DNA of 64,000 nucleotides from Candidatus Dormiibacterota bacterium (GCA_035601655.1 DATNNV010000031.1:561-64560), one strand, 5' to 3'; counted from the first letter of the stretch, positions 29,534-37,900 are shown. Numbers and translations: made by a program. The notes: generated from the letters alone by a model not told the origin.

Positions 29534-29691
29534 AAGACAATGCGGTTAGGGATGCGAAGTGGTGCGTGCCGGGGCGGACGGATGGCGCGTAGCGGAGCGC
29601 GCGAAACATGGATAGAATAGAGAACCGGACATCGCAAACCCCAGCCCCTGCAATGTCTTCGACCGCGGAGTGCCCGCGCAGGAGCCGAGAC

Positions 29692-29997
29692 ATGGTTTCA
29701 TTTACAGATCGTGCCAAAGTGCCCTCGCATGTGCTGATACGTTTCCTCGAGGAAGAGTCGGTGCTGCTGAACCTGGACACGGAGCGTTATTTCGGGCTGG
29801 ACGGGACGGGAACGCGGATGTGGCAGGCGGTCACCGCGGCGCCCAATATCTCCGTGGCTTACGGGGAGTTGCTCCAGGAGTTTGATGTCGAGCCGGAATT
29901 GCTGCGCACGAATTTGACGGATTTGCTCGGGCGGCTGCTGGACAACGGACTGCTCGAGGTGCGTCCTGGGGATGTGGGAACGGCTGCGGCGGTTTAG
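29692..29997 (+). CDS. PqqD-family RiPP recognition element (lasso B1)
   Basis: AGGAG RBS; ESVLLNLDTERYFGLDGTGTRMW...LLQEFDVEPELLRTNLTDLLGRLLDNGLL. Confidence 0.92.
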   Translation: MVSFTDRAKVPSHVLIRFLEEESVLLNLDTERYFGLDGTGTRMWQAVTAAPNISVAYGELLQEFDVEPELLRTNLTDLLGRLLDNGLLEVRPGDVGTAAAV

Positions 29998-30430
29998 CGC
30001 GCTGGATGGACAAGCGCAAAGGATGTTTCTGTGGGCGATGTTCGCGTTGCCACTGGTGTCGCAGAGCCTGAGGTGGCGCGGGCTTCGCGCGACGCAAGAA
30101 AGCCTGCAGCGGCGCCAAGCGCCGGGCAGGAAGCCTACTAAGTCCGAAAGCCAAAAGTTGGAAGTGACTGTGCGGATGGTGAAGGCCGCGGTGCGCCACG
30201 GCCTGGGTCATCCCACGTGTCTGGAAGAATCCTTGACGCTTTGGTGGCTGCTGGCGAGTCAGGGGATTCCCTCGGAAGTACGGATCGGCATCCGCAAACA
30301 GGCGGAGAATTTTGAGGCGCACGCGTGGGTGGAGCGCGATGGCATCGCGTTGAACGAGCCCGAAGCAAAGCACCGGCATTACGAGGCCTTTGCATCAGAA
30401 TTTCCCCCGGCTGGAGGAGAGATACGATGA
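29972..30430 (+). CDS. Lasso peptide leader peptidase (B2, transglutaminase-like)
   Basis: PTCLEESL (catalytic Cys), RIGIR and FEAHAWVE (catalytic His). Overlaps the RRE and cyclase genes. Confidence 0.92.
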   Translation: MWERLRRFSALDGQAQRMFLWAMFALPLVSQSLRWRGLRATQESLQRRQAPGRKPTKSESQKLEVTVRMVKAAVRHGLGHPTCLEESLTLWWLLASQGIPSEVRIGIRKQAENFEAHAWVERDGIALNEPEAKHRHYEAFASEFPPAGGEIR

Positions 30431-32274
30431 GCGGGTTCGCGGGCGTGGTCAGCAGCGATGGCGCACCCGTGGACGCGGGCCTATTGGGGCGGATGGCGGA
30501 GCAGCTGGCGTTTCGCGGACCGGACGCAAGCGCCGTACGAATACTGGATGGCGCGGGGTTCTGCTTTACATTGATGCGCACCGGTCCCGCGCCGCAAGAG
30601 GAAGTGCAGCCACTCAGTCTTGACGGACGGCAGTGGCTGATCGGGGACATCCGTTTGGACGGGCGCGAGGATCTGCGTAAAGCGCTGAGCCAAGCCGGCC
30701 AAGAAACTCCTGCGACGATGGCGACGGATGAAGAGCTGACGCTGCGGGCCTGGCAGTTGCGCGGCGCAGAATCCGGCGAGCTGCTGATGGGGGACTACGC
30801 GTTCGCCGTATGGGAGCCGGGTGTCCGGCGGCTGGTCTGCGTGCGCGATGTGATTGGAGTGCGGCCGTTCTTTTATGGCCAGGTGGGCAACACGCTGTGC
30901 TTCAGCAACACGCTGGAGGTGTTGCGGATGGTGCCGGGCATGGATCTGCGGGTGGATGCGCATTTTGTCGGCGACTTTCTGCTGGAGGGCTGGTGCTTGG
31001 ACCCGGAACGGACGGTGCATCGAGGCATCCGGCGGCTGAAGGCCGGACACCTGGTGCAATTTGAGAATGGAGTTGCGGCAACGCGGCGCTTTGCCGAGTT
31101 GCCGATGAGAGCGCCGCTGACGTACCGGCGGGCTGAGGACTACGTCGAACAGTTTCAATCGCTCTTGCAAGCTGCGGTGCGCGAACGGATGCCGCGAGCC
31201 CCTGCTGCTTTCTTCATGAGCGGAGGGTTGGACTCCACGAGCGTGGCTGCGACGGCGGCGCAGACCGCGGAGGGCGCTGGTGCGAAAGGAAGTTTTCGCG
31301 CGTATACGGTCGATTTTCGTCCGATCCTGGAGGACGACGAGGCACGGTTTGCAATAAAGGCGGCCGGGTATATTGAAATGTCCATCGAGATCGTGCGGGT
31401 AGGCGACGAGCGGCCGTTCGGCTGTTGGACTGATAACAGTCTTCGATGGCCTGAGCCGCTGCATGAACCGTTTCAATCGCGACACGTGCAGATGTGCCGG
31501 GAAGTGAGTGGGTTTGCCCGAGTGAGTATGTCGGGCGACGGAGGCGACGACATTCTTTCGGGAACGGCGACACCATATGCCCGCTATTTAGCGAGGGACG
31601 GGCAGTTCCTGAAGTTGGCGACGGCCTTCACCGGATTCCTGTGGCGCCAAAAACGGCTGCCGACAATGGGTACCGGACTAAGAGCCCGCTTGCGGAAATG
31701 GAGAACCGCAGAGCGGGAGGAGGGCTCGCTACCGCAGTGGCTGCAACCCGAATTCGCCAGGAAGCTGGGCCTCCGGGAGAGGCAGAAAGAGCTGAGGCGC
31801 GGGTTGCGATACACGCATGCGTTTCATCCCGGAGGATACGCTGCGTTGTCGCAGGGGTACTGGGCAGGGGTTTTGGAAGATGAGGACGCCGCGTGGACCG
31901 GGGTGCCGCTAGAACGGAGAGCGCCGTTTCTGGACCGGCGGCTGGTGGAATTTCTGCTGCAAGTGCCGCCAGTGCCCTGGTGCATGGATAAAGAGCTTCT
32001 GCGCGAGGCCATGCGAGGATTACTGCCCGAGGAAGTGCGTACCCGGCCGAAGACGCCGCTCCGGCAGGAGCCGTTTGCGGCTCAGGCAGAGCGGTTGAAG
32101 TGGAGCCCGTTGCCGCTGGAGCGGAATCATCCCATTCTGGACGAATTTGTGGACTGGAAAAAACTGGAAGCAACTTTGCAAAGGGTCCCGGGTTCGCAAT
32201 TATGGGACGAATTGACGCCGGTCTCGCTGCACCACTGGGCGAAAGCCGTTGAAAATGACGGGGTAATTCTGTAG
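30427..32274 (+). CDS. Lasso cyclase (asparagine-synthetase-like C protein)
   Basis: Begins MSGFAG, so the glutaminase Cys of AsnB is replaced by Ser. RGPD, RDVIGVRPFFY, SGGLDSTS, SGDGGDD and RAPFLDRRLVEF. ATGA coupling to B2. Confidence 0.92.
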   Translation: MSGFAGVVSSDGAPVDAGLLGRMAEQLAFRGPDASAVRILDGAGFCFTLMRTGPAPQEEVQPLSLDGRQWLIGDIRLDGREDLRKALSQAGQETPATMATDEELTLRAWQLRGAESGELLMGDYAFAVWEPGVRRLVCVRDVIGVRPFFYGQVGNTLCFSNTLEVLRMVPGMDLRVDAHFVGDFLLEGWCLDPERTVHRGIRRLKAGHLVQFENGVAATRRFAELPMRAPLTYRRAEDYVEQFQSLLQAAVRERMPRAPAAFFMSGGLDSTSVAATAAQTAEGAGAKGSFRAYTVDFRPILEDDEARFAIKAAGYIEMSIEIVRVGDERPFGCWTDNSLRWPEPLHEPFQSRHVQMCREVSGFARVSMSGDGGDDILSGTATPYARYLARDGQFLKLATAFTGFLWRQKRLPTMGTGLRARLRKWRTAEREEGSLPQWLQPEFARKLGLRERQKELRRGLRYTHAFHPGGYAALSQGYWAGVLEDEDAAWTGVPLERRAPFLDRRLVEFLLQVPPVPWCMDKELLREAMRGLLPEEVRTRPKTPLRQEPFAAQAERLKWSPLPLERNHPILDEFVDWKKLEATLQRVPGSQLWDELTPVSLHHWAKAVENDGVIL

Positions 32275-32277
32275 AGT
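32249..32277 (+). promoter_or_regulatory. Putative internal sigma70-type promoter for the precursor gene
   Basis: TTGAAA-N17-TAGAGT overlapping the cyclase stop codon, followed by GGGAGA RBS and ATG 32296. Confidence 0.5.
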
Positions 32278-32295
32278 CGAGGCAGGGAGAACCGA

Positions 32296-32451
32296 ATGAG
32301 TCGGCCGGCAGAGGCTTCTGCGAAGAAACCATACCAGGCGCCGAAATTGCTCGTTTACGGCAACTTGACAGAGATAACCCAGGCACGCTCCACCAAGCCG
32401 AGTTCAAAAGACGGAGCGACCATGGGTGTGAAGCGCAAGACAGGCCGATAG
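32296..32451 (+). CDS. Lasso peptide precursor (51 aa; absent from ORF track)
   Basis: MSRPAEASAKKPYQAPKLLVYGNLTEITQ-ARSTKPSSKDGATMGVKRKTGR*: a full YxxPxLxxxGxxxxxT leader motif, GGGAGA RBS, located between cyclase and kinase. Confidence 0.92.
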   Translation: MSRPAEASAKKPYQAPKLLVYGNLTEITQARSTKPSSKDGATMGVKRKTGR

Positions 32452-32492
32452 AGTTCCCCAGCCAACTTGTCCAGCGTCTTACTACGCTTCCC

Positions 32493-33509
32493 GTGAGTTA
32501 TCGCTATCGCTTATACGGATTGAGCCTTGAGGCAGAAGAAAGCCTGCCGGGACTCGAAGACAATAGCGCAGCTCGCGAGGAAAGCTTTGTCCGTTTGCAG
32601 CTTGGCGCGGAGCCGGACTGGGTCCGGCACGCGCGCAGCCTTGCCTCTCGCCGCGTCCATCAGCTGGAGGCCAAGGCCGAAAGCGACGATCCCGCCCTTG
32701 TTATAACCTCGTACGGAGAAGACCGTTTTTTTGGGTTGGCGTATACGGACGGAACCCAATTTTTGACCGATGCGGATGGCGGGCGCCTGTGGGGTGCATG
32801 GGCGGAGCCGTGGACCAAGGAAGATTTCGCAACGTATCTGTTGGGGCCGGTATTGGGCTTCGTGCTCCGGCGGAGAGGTGTGACGCCGCTGCACGCGAGC
32901 GCCGTTTGTGTTGCGGGGAAGGCCGTCGTTTTCTGCGGCGATGCGCAAGCGGGTAAATCAACGACAGCGGCGGCACTGGGACTGCGCGGCGTGCTGGTCC
33001 TATGCGAAGATATCGCGGCGCTGAGGTTGGCCGACAATCGCTACTGGGTGGAGCCGGGTTATCCGCGCGTTTGCCTGTGGCCCGACAGCGTGGAAAAGCT
33101 GCTGGGACGCGGCGATGCGCTGCCGCTCTTGACGCCGAATTGGGAGAAGCGCTACTTGCCGCTGGACGGAGTGCTGGCGGGCTTCCAACGGGAAAGATGC
33201 CCGGTGGGCGCGGTTTATATGCTGGCTGAGCGAGCGGCGGAGGGGCGCGCGCCCCGCGTCGAAAAGATGACTCCGAAAGAGGCGCTGCTGGAATTAGTGC
33301 AGAATACGTACATGAATTGGCTGCCGGATCGCGAACAGCGGGCGCGGGAGTTCGAGGCGCTGGCGAAATTGGTTGCGCAGGTACCGGTGCGACGGATGGT
33401 GGCGCACTGCGATGCGAGGCGCATGGACGATCTGTGCCGCGTCATCCTGGCGGATGCCGCGAGCTTGCTCACGGGCCGGATCGCAGCTTCTGAGCCGGTG
33501 CAGCGCTGA
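32493..33509 (+). CDS. HPr-kinase-like RiPP kinase
   Basis: PLHASAV, Walker A GDAQAGKSTTAA, LCEDIAAL and PGYPRVCLWPDS, in lasso cluster context. Confidence 0.85.
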   Translation: MSYRYRLYGLSLEAEESLPGLEDNSAAREESFVRLQLGAEPDWVRHARSLASRRVHQLEAKAESDDPALVITSYGEDRFFGLAYTDGTQFLTDADGGRLWGAWAEPWTKEDFATYLLGPVLGFVLRRRGVTPLHASAVCVAGKAVVFCGDAQAGKSTTAAALGLRGVLVLCEDIAALRLADNRYWVEPGYPRVCLWPDSVEKLLGRGDALPLLTPNWEKRYLPLDGVLAGFQRERCPVGAVYMLAERAAEGRAPRVEKMTPKEALLELVQNTYMNWLPDREQRAREFEALAKLVAQVPVRRMVAHCDARRMDDLCRVILADAASLLTGRIAASEPVQR

Positions 33510-33510
33510 A

Positions 33511-34656
33511 ATGTACGATCTCGATCAATACGGCGCAATGATCGTGGACGGCACGCGAACTTCCGCGTACATGCAAGCGATCGCGCGGGCGGTGCGGCCG
33601 GGCGACGTGGTCGTGGATCTGGGATGCGGTCCTGGGCTGCTTGCGTTGCTGGCATGCCGCGCGGGAGCGAAGCGGGTGTACGCGATTGAAGGCAACGAAA
33701 GTGTGGCGTTCGCGAGAGAGCTGGCAGCGGCCAACGGCTATGCCGACCGGATCGAAATCCTACACGGGTCGTCGCGGCGGATGGAATTGCCGGAGCGCGC
33801 GAACGTAATCGTTTCTGATTTGCGCGGCGTGCTGCCGCTTCTTGGCGATGCCATCGCTTCTATCGATGATGCGCGGGAGCGGTTTCTTGCTCCCGGTGGC
33901 GCGATGATCCCGGCGTCGGATCGTTTGCATGGAGCGCTGGCGGGCGCGGCGGAGTTCTACGCGCAAATCGTCTCACCGTGGAAGGACTCGCTGGACGGCG
34001 TGCGGCTATCGCCGATGCGGGAACGCGCGCTCAACACAACGTACAGCGTGCGCTTCGACGCCGGAAAGATGATGAGCGAAGCTCAGGAATGGGGCCGGTT
34101 TGAGTATCCGTTGGGCGCGAAAGGGCGAGCAGCCGCGAACTTGAGATTTGAGGCATTGCGCGATGGCACGGTGCATGGGATTTGCTTGTGGTTCGATACG
34201 GTCCTGTTTCAGGAGATCGGCTATTCGAGTGCGCCGGCCGCGCCTGGCGCGCCGGAAACCGTCTACGGACAATTGTTTCTGCCGTGGATCGAGCCCGTGA
34301 AGGTTGAGGCAGGCCAGGAGATTTTGGTTGATTTACACGCGGACCCGGTCGGGGACGGCTACATCTGGCGGTGGGACACGACGATTCCGGGAGAAGAGAA
34401 TGCGCGAACACTTCGGCAGTCCACGATGGAAGGCGTGCCGTTTTCGCTCGAGGTGCTGCGAAGGCGCGCCACGGAATTTGTGCCGAAGGCGTCGCCGTTC
34501 GGTCAGGCGGAAGCGTGGGTGCTGCAGAGCATGAATGGAACGACCTCGCTGCAAGAAATTGCGGACGGAGCGGCAGCGCGGTTTCCGAAAGTGTTCCGCA
34601 ATTCGCAGGAAGCGCTGCAGCTGGTTTCCAGGCTTTCGGACGAGTTTGCGCTGTAA
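33511..34656 (+). CDS. SAM-dependent methyltransferase with PRMT-like fold and C-terminal PqqD/RRE-like helices
   Basis: MIVDGTRTSAY, VVDLGCGPGLL, AGAKRVYAIE, VIVSDLRG, ARERFLAPGGAMIP and HGICLWFD. Tail WVLQSMNGTTSLQEIADGAAARFP. ATG 33511. Confidence 0.85.
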   Translation: MYDLDQYGAMIVDGTRTSAYMQAIARAVRPGDVVVDLGCGPGLLALLACRAGAKRVYAIEGNESVAFARELAAANGYADRIEILHGSSRRMELPERANVIVSDLRGVLPLLGDAIASIDDARERFLAPGGAMIPASDRLHGALAGAAEFYAQIVSPWKDSLDGVRLSPMRERALNTTYSVRFDAGKMMSEAQEWGRFEYPLGAKGRAAANLRFEALRDGTVHGICLWFDTVLFQEIGYSSAPAAPGAPETVYGQLFLPWIEPVKVEAGQEILVDLHADPVGDGYIWRWDTTIPGEENARTLRQSTMEGVPFSLEVLRRRATEFVPKASPFGQAEAWVLQSMNGTTSLQEIADGAAARFPKVFRNSQEALQLVSRLSDEFAL

Positions 34657-34684
34657 TCTGAAGTGGCCCAAGACGGACGGCAGC

Positions 34685-35851
34685 TTGCGAACGACATCGC
34701 CATTAAGCGAACTCGGAGCTTCCGCGGAGTGGCAGATTCTGCTGGAGTGCGCTGCGACGCGCGGTGATCCGGCTGGCTTGAACGAACTGCTGCGGAAGGC
34801 GAATTGGGATTTTCTGATCGAGCTTGCCGAAGAGCACGGCGTTATTGGCATGGTTGCGGCGCGGCTCCGCGAGTGCGACGAGACGATCGTGCCGGCGGCG
34901 TTTCGCGGGCAATTACTGGAACGACAGCGATCTCACGTGCTTTCCGCATTGAGCTTGATCGCGGAAATGATTCGCATCCTGAACCGCTTCGGCGAGGCGG
35001 GCATTCAGGCGCTGGTGCTGAAAGGGCCGGCGCTTTCGCTGCAGGCCTACGGCGATGCGACGGCGCGGCAATATGGCGACGTGGATCTGCTGGTGAGGCA
35101 AAAAGACATTTATCGGGCCACGGAGATCATGACGCTGGCTGGATTTGACGCGGACGTGCCGCTAGCGGCTGTTGCTGCCGGCAAGATTCCCGGCGAGTAC
35201 CTATTCTTGCGGACGAATACCAAAGTGATCGTGGAGTTGCACACCGAAAAAACGCTGCGCTACTTTCCGAATACCCTGGCGATGGAAAGATTGTTCGACC
35301 AGCATACGACGTTGGATTTTAACGGGCATGCGGTGCCGACGCTGTCGAGCGAAGATGCGCTGGTGGCGATGTGCACGCATGGAGCGAAGCATTGTTGGGA
35401 GCGGCTGATGTGGATCGCGGATGTTTCGGCAATGTTGAGGCGGCAGACGGGAATGGATTGGGAAGGTGTCGCGCGGATCGCGGAGAGTTTGGGTGCGCAG
35501 CGCATTGTTTACACGGGGTTGTTGCTGTCGCGCGAGCTTTTGCGTGCGCCGGTGCCTGCTGCTGTGGAAGAGCAGGCGCGTGCGGACCGGTGGGCGTGCA
35601 AGTTGGCGAGGAGGATCGAGGCGTGGCTGCCGGCTGCTGGAGAGGCATCGCCGGGATTGCTGCGCCGCGCTGTCTTTCGGGCGCAGATGCGCGGCGGGTT
35701 TTTGCACGGGATCGGCTACCTCGCGAGACTTTTGTTTTCACCGACTGAAGAGGATTGGAGAGAGGGTCACGAGCACAAGAGTTCGCGGCTTCTGGAAACG
35801 GGGCGGCGGCTGGTTCGTCTGGCCGGAAAATACGGACGAGATCCCAATTAG
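34685..35851 (+). CDS. Nucleotidyltransferase family protein (NTP_transf_5-like, RiPP-associated)
   Basis: LVLKGPALS, RQYGDVDLLV, VELH and HGAKHCWERLMWIADV. Start uncertain (TTG 34685). Confidence 0.85.
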   Translation: MRTTSPLSELGASAEWQILLECAATRGDPAGLNELLRKANWDFLIELAEEHGVIGMVAARLRECDETIVPAAFRGQLLERQRSHVLSALSLIAEMIRILNRFGEAGIQALVLKGPALSLQAYGDATARQYGDVDLLVRQKDIYRATEIMTLAGFDADVPLAAVAAGKIPGEYLFLRTNTKVIVELHTEKTLRYFPNTLAMERLFDQHTTLDFNGHAVPTLSSEDALVAMCTHGAKHCWERLMWIADVSAMLRRQTGMDWEGVARIAESLGAQRIVYTGLLLSRELLRAPVPAAVEEQARADRWACKLARRIEAWLPAAGEASPGLLRRAVFRAQMRGGFLHGIGYLARLLFSPTEEDWREGHEHKSSRLLETGRRLVRLAGKYGRDPN

Positions 35852-35881
35852 CAGCGGGACGACGGCAGGAAGGACAAAAGG

Positions 35882-35915
35882 AAAAGGCCCGGAGCATTTG
35901 TTCCGGGCCTTTTTT
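35882..35915. terminator. Bidirectional rho-independent terminator; right boundary of the RiPP cluster
   Basis: AAAAGGCCCGGAGC-ATTT-GTTCCGGGCCTTTTTT. Confidence 0.85.
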
Positions 35916-35932
35916 GTTGTGATGGATGGAAA

Positions 35933-36949
35933 TTAGATGTTAGTGCGGTGCATAATCGTGCGCTTCGCTCTGGGAGCAGGCGCCGGGAGTTCGACGGTCA
36001 GCGAAATCTCGCTCTTGTTGCGCAGGACGCCCAGCCTGACGGTGGCGCCTTTCTCATTGCGCTTGGCAGAGAGCTTTTCGCGAAGCTCGCCGATGGTGCG
36101 GAGACGTTCGCCGTTGAGCGAAGTGATGACGTCGCCCGCTTTCAGGCCGGCTTTCTCGGCTGGCGAGCCGGAATTGACGCCGCGCACTAGTATTCCTTCC
36201 CCATCCGGCACGCCGAAGAAAGTGCCAAGCTGGCCGCTCAGATCTTCCGCGTCGATGCCGAGGCGCGGCTGGCCGCCCAGGAGCAGGCCGTTGCCCCATT
36301 CGACGCGCGGGAGCTCTGCGACTTCGGGCATGTCCGGCACTTCGGGTATGCGAAATGCGAAAGCGCCGGGCGTCGCGGGTGCGGACCACACGCGCTGACC
36401 TTGTTCTGTGTTGCCCAAGGTGACGCTGAGGGTCTGCGCGCGGCCGTCGCGCACGACCGTGAGTTGCACGGTGCGGCCGGCGGGAATCTCGCGGATCATG
36501 CGCCGGAACTGTGCGGTGCCTTCCACGCGCTGGCCGTTGATTTCCGTGACGACGTCATTTTCCTTCAGCCCGCCTTTTGCGGCGGGGCTGTCCGAAATGA
36601 TCTTGCCGAGAACCACGCCGCGTTCCGCGGATAGTTTGTGTTCTTTGGCGAAATCGGAATCGACTTCGTGGGTTTCCACGCCGAGCCAGCTGGCGCCCTC
36701 GTCGCCCAGCATAACCGTAAAGTCTCGGACCTCCGGCTCCTGCACGCGCACCAGCGTTCGCGCGGACTCTTGAAGTTCGCGGTCGCTGATCGCGGAATCG
36801 GCTTGAGATTGCACCTTTTGAAGTTTTTCCTCGAGCTTCGCTTTGTCTTCTTGTCCGGGGGAGCGCGTAGCCGAAGGACTGGGTAAGGCGATCAAGCCGA
36901 CGCTGAGCGCCGCGATGCCCGCACCGATTGTAAGGATTTGTTTGTTCAT
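35933..36949 (-). CDS. Exported tandem-PDZ protein with no visible protease domain
   Basis: WLGV...DSPAAKGGLKENDVV and RLGI...GSPAEKAGLKAGDVI. Confidence 0.85.
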   Translation of the reverse strand: MNKQILTIGAGIAALSVGLIALPSPSATRSPGQEDKAKLEEKLQKVQSQADSAISDRELQESARTLVRVQEPEVRDFTVMLGDEGASWLGVETHEVDSDFAKEHKLSAERGVVLGKIISDSPAAKGGLKENDVVTEINGQRVEGTAQFRRMIREIPAGRTVQLTVVRDGRAQTLSVTLGNTEQGQRVWSAPATPGAFAFRIPEVPDMPEVAELPRVEWGNGLLLGGQPRLGIDAEDLSGQLGTFFGVPDGEGILVRGVNSGSPAEKAGLKAGDVITSLNGERLRTIGELREKLSAKRNEKGATVRLGVLRNKSEISLTVELPAPAPRAKRTIMHRTNI

Positions 36950-36992
36950 TTTGTTTGCAATACCTCCCTCGATGCCTTAGACGCGGCAAAAC

Positions 36993-37757
36993 TCAAACCG
37001 TCGACCGGAGAATGGTCACGCGTATGCCGCCGTTGATGGTGCGCAGATGGATGGGAGTCCCGCCGCGGCCGATTTTGCCGCGCTGTTCGCGAGGCCGCAG
37101 GGTGCTCTCCATGCGCACTGGGAGTTCCGAGTAGAAGTTGCCGTTCATGCAGCGCGTTTCCAGGTCGGCCTGGGTGTCAGATGGCAGCGCGAGGACCACG
37201 GAGCCGTTGGTCGTCTCGGCGGTCACGCCGTCCTTGTCGCGAATGTGCGCCACTTCCATTTGCACGTTGCCGTTGGTGGTGTGTGCGTGGAGCGCGCCGC
37301 CGCCTTCAAAGACTTCAATGTTGCCGTTGACGGTGTGCAACTCCTCGATGTTGTCCACGCTGGCGATGCGCAGCGAGCCATTGACGGTACCAATGTGCTC
37401 GACGTGAGCGCCGCGCGGCACGTGGATTGTGTATTCCACGGAGACTTCCACGCCTTCGTCCTGCGGATAATGGGTGGCCACTGAGACGGCGTTGGGTTTG
37501 GCGTCGACCTCGATGGAGACGCGCTCGAGGTCAGACTCGCGGTGTTTGGCGATCTTGACGGCGTGGACTTCCACGACGTCGCGGTCCCAACCTTGCACCT
37601 CGACGGTGCCGTTTACATTTTGCAACTCGAAGGTTCCGCCGGGAGCCAGCGGATAGTTTTTGTCGAACTCCTTGCTGATGCCGTAGCTGGGCGCGGCCCA
37701 GATGGCGGCCAGAGTTAGAACGGCGAGAGCAGTCGTGCGCAGAGCGTTGCGGAGCAT
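36993..37757 (-). CDS. DUF4097-like beta-repeat (putative adhesin) protein
   Basis: Signal peptide and repeated TVNGxI/TTNGxV units. Confidence 0.8.
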   Translation of the reverse strand: MLRNALRTTALAVLTLAAIWAAPSYGISKEFDKNYPLAPGGTFELQNVNGTVEVQGWDRDVVEVHAVKIAKHRESDLERVSIEVDAKPNAVSVATHYPQDEGVEVSVEYTIHVPRGAHVEHIGTVNGSLRIASVDNIEELHTVNGNIEVFEGGGALHAHTTNGNVQMEVAHIRDKDGVTAETTNGSVVLALPSDTQADLETRCMNGNFYSELPVRMESTLRPREQRGKIGRGGTPIHLRTINGGIRVTILRSTV

Positions 37758-37900
37758 GGGCTACCTCCCCTTCGAGTTGCACTAGACCTTATACACGTAC
37801 GCGAATTTCGGACCCGAACTACACCCAAGAACTGAGCTGTGACCCGAACAAGTGACCTGAACTGCAAAATCGTGCTAAACGCGGCTCGACGCGCCCAATC

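Noticed and set aside
29534-29691. Second lasso precursor in the divergent ABC/RRE spacer
   Set aside because: No short ORF with a YxxPxL...T leader motif found there.
30427-32274. Housekeeping asparagine synthetase AsnB
   Set aside because: The N-terminal catalytic Cys is replaced by Ser, and the gene is coupled to RRE/B2 and a precursor, so lasso cyclase fits better.
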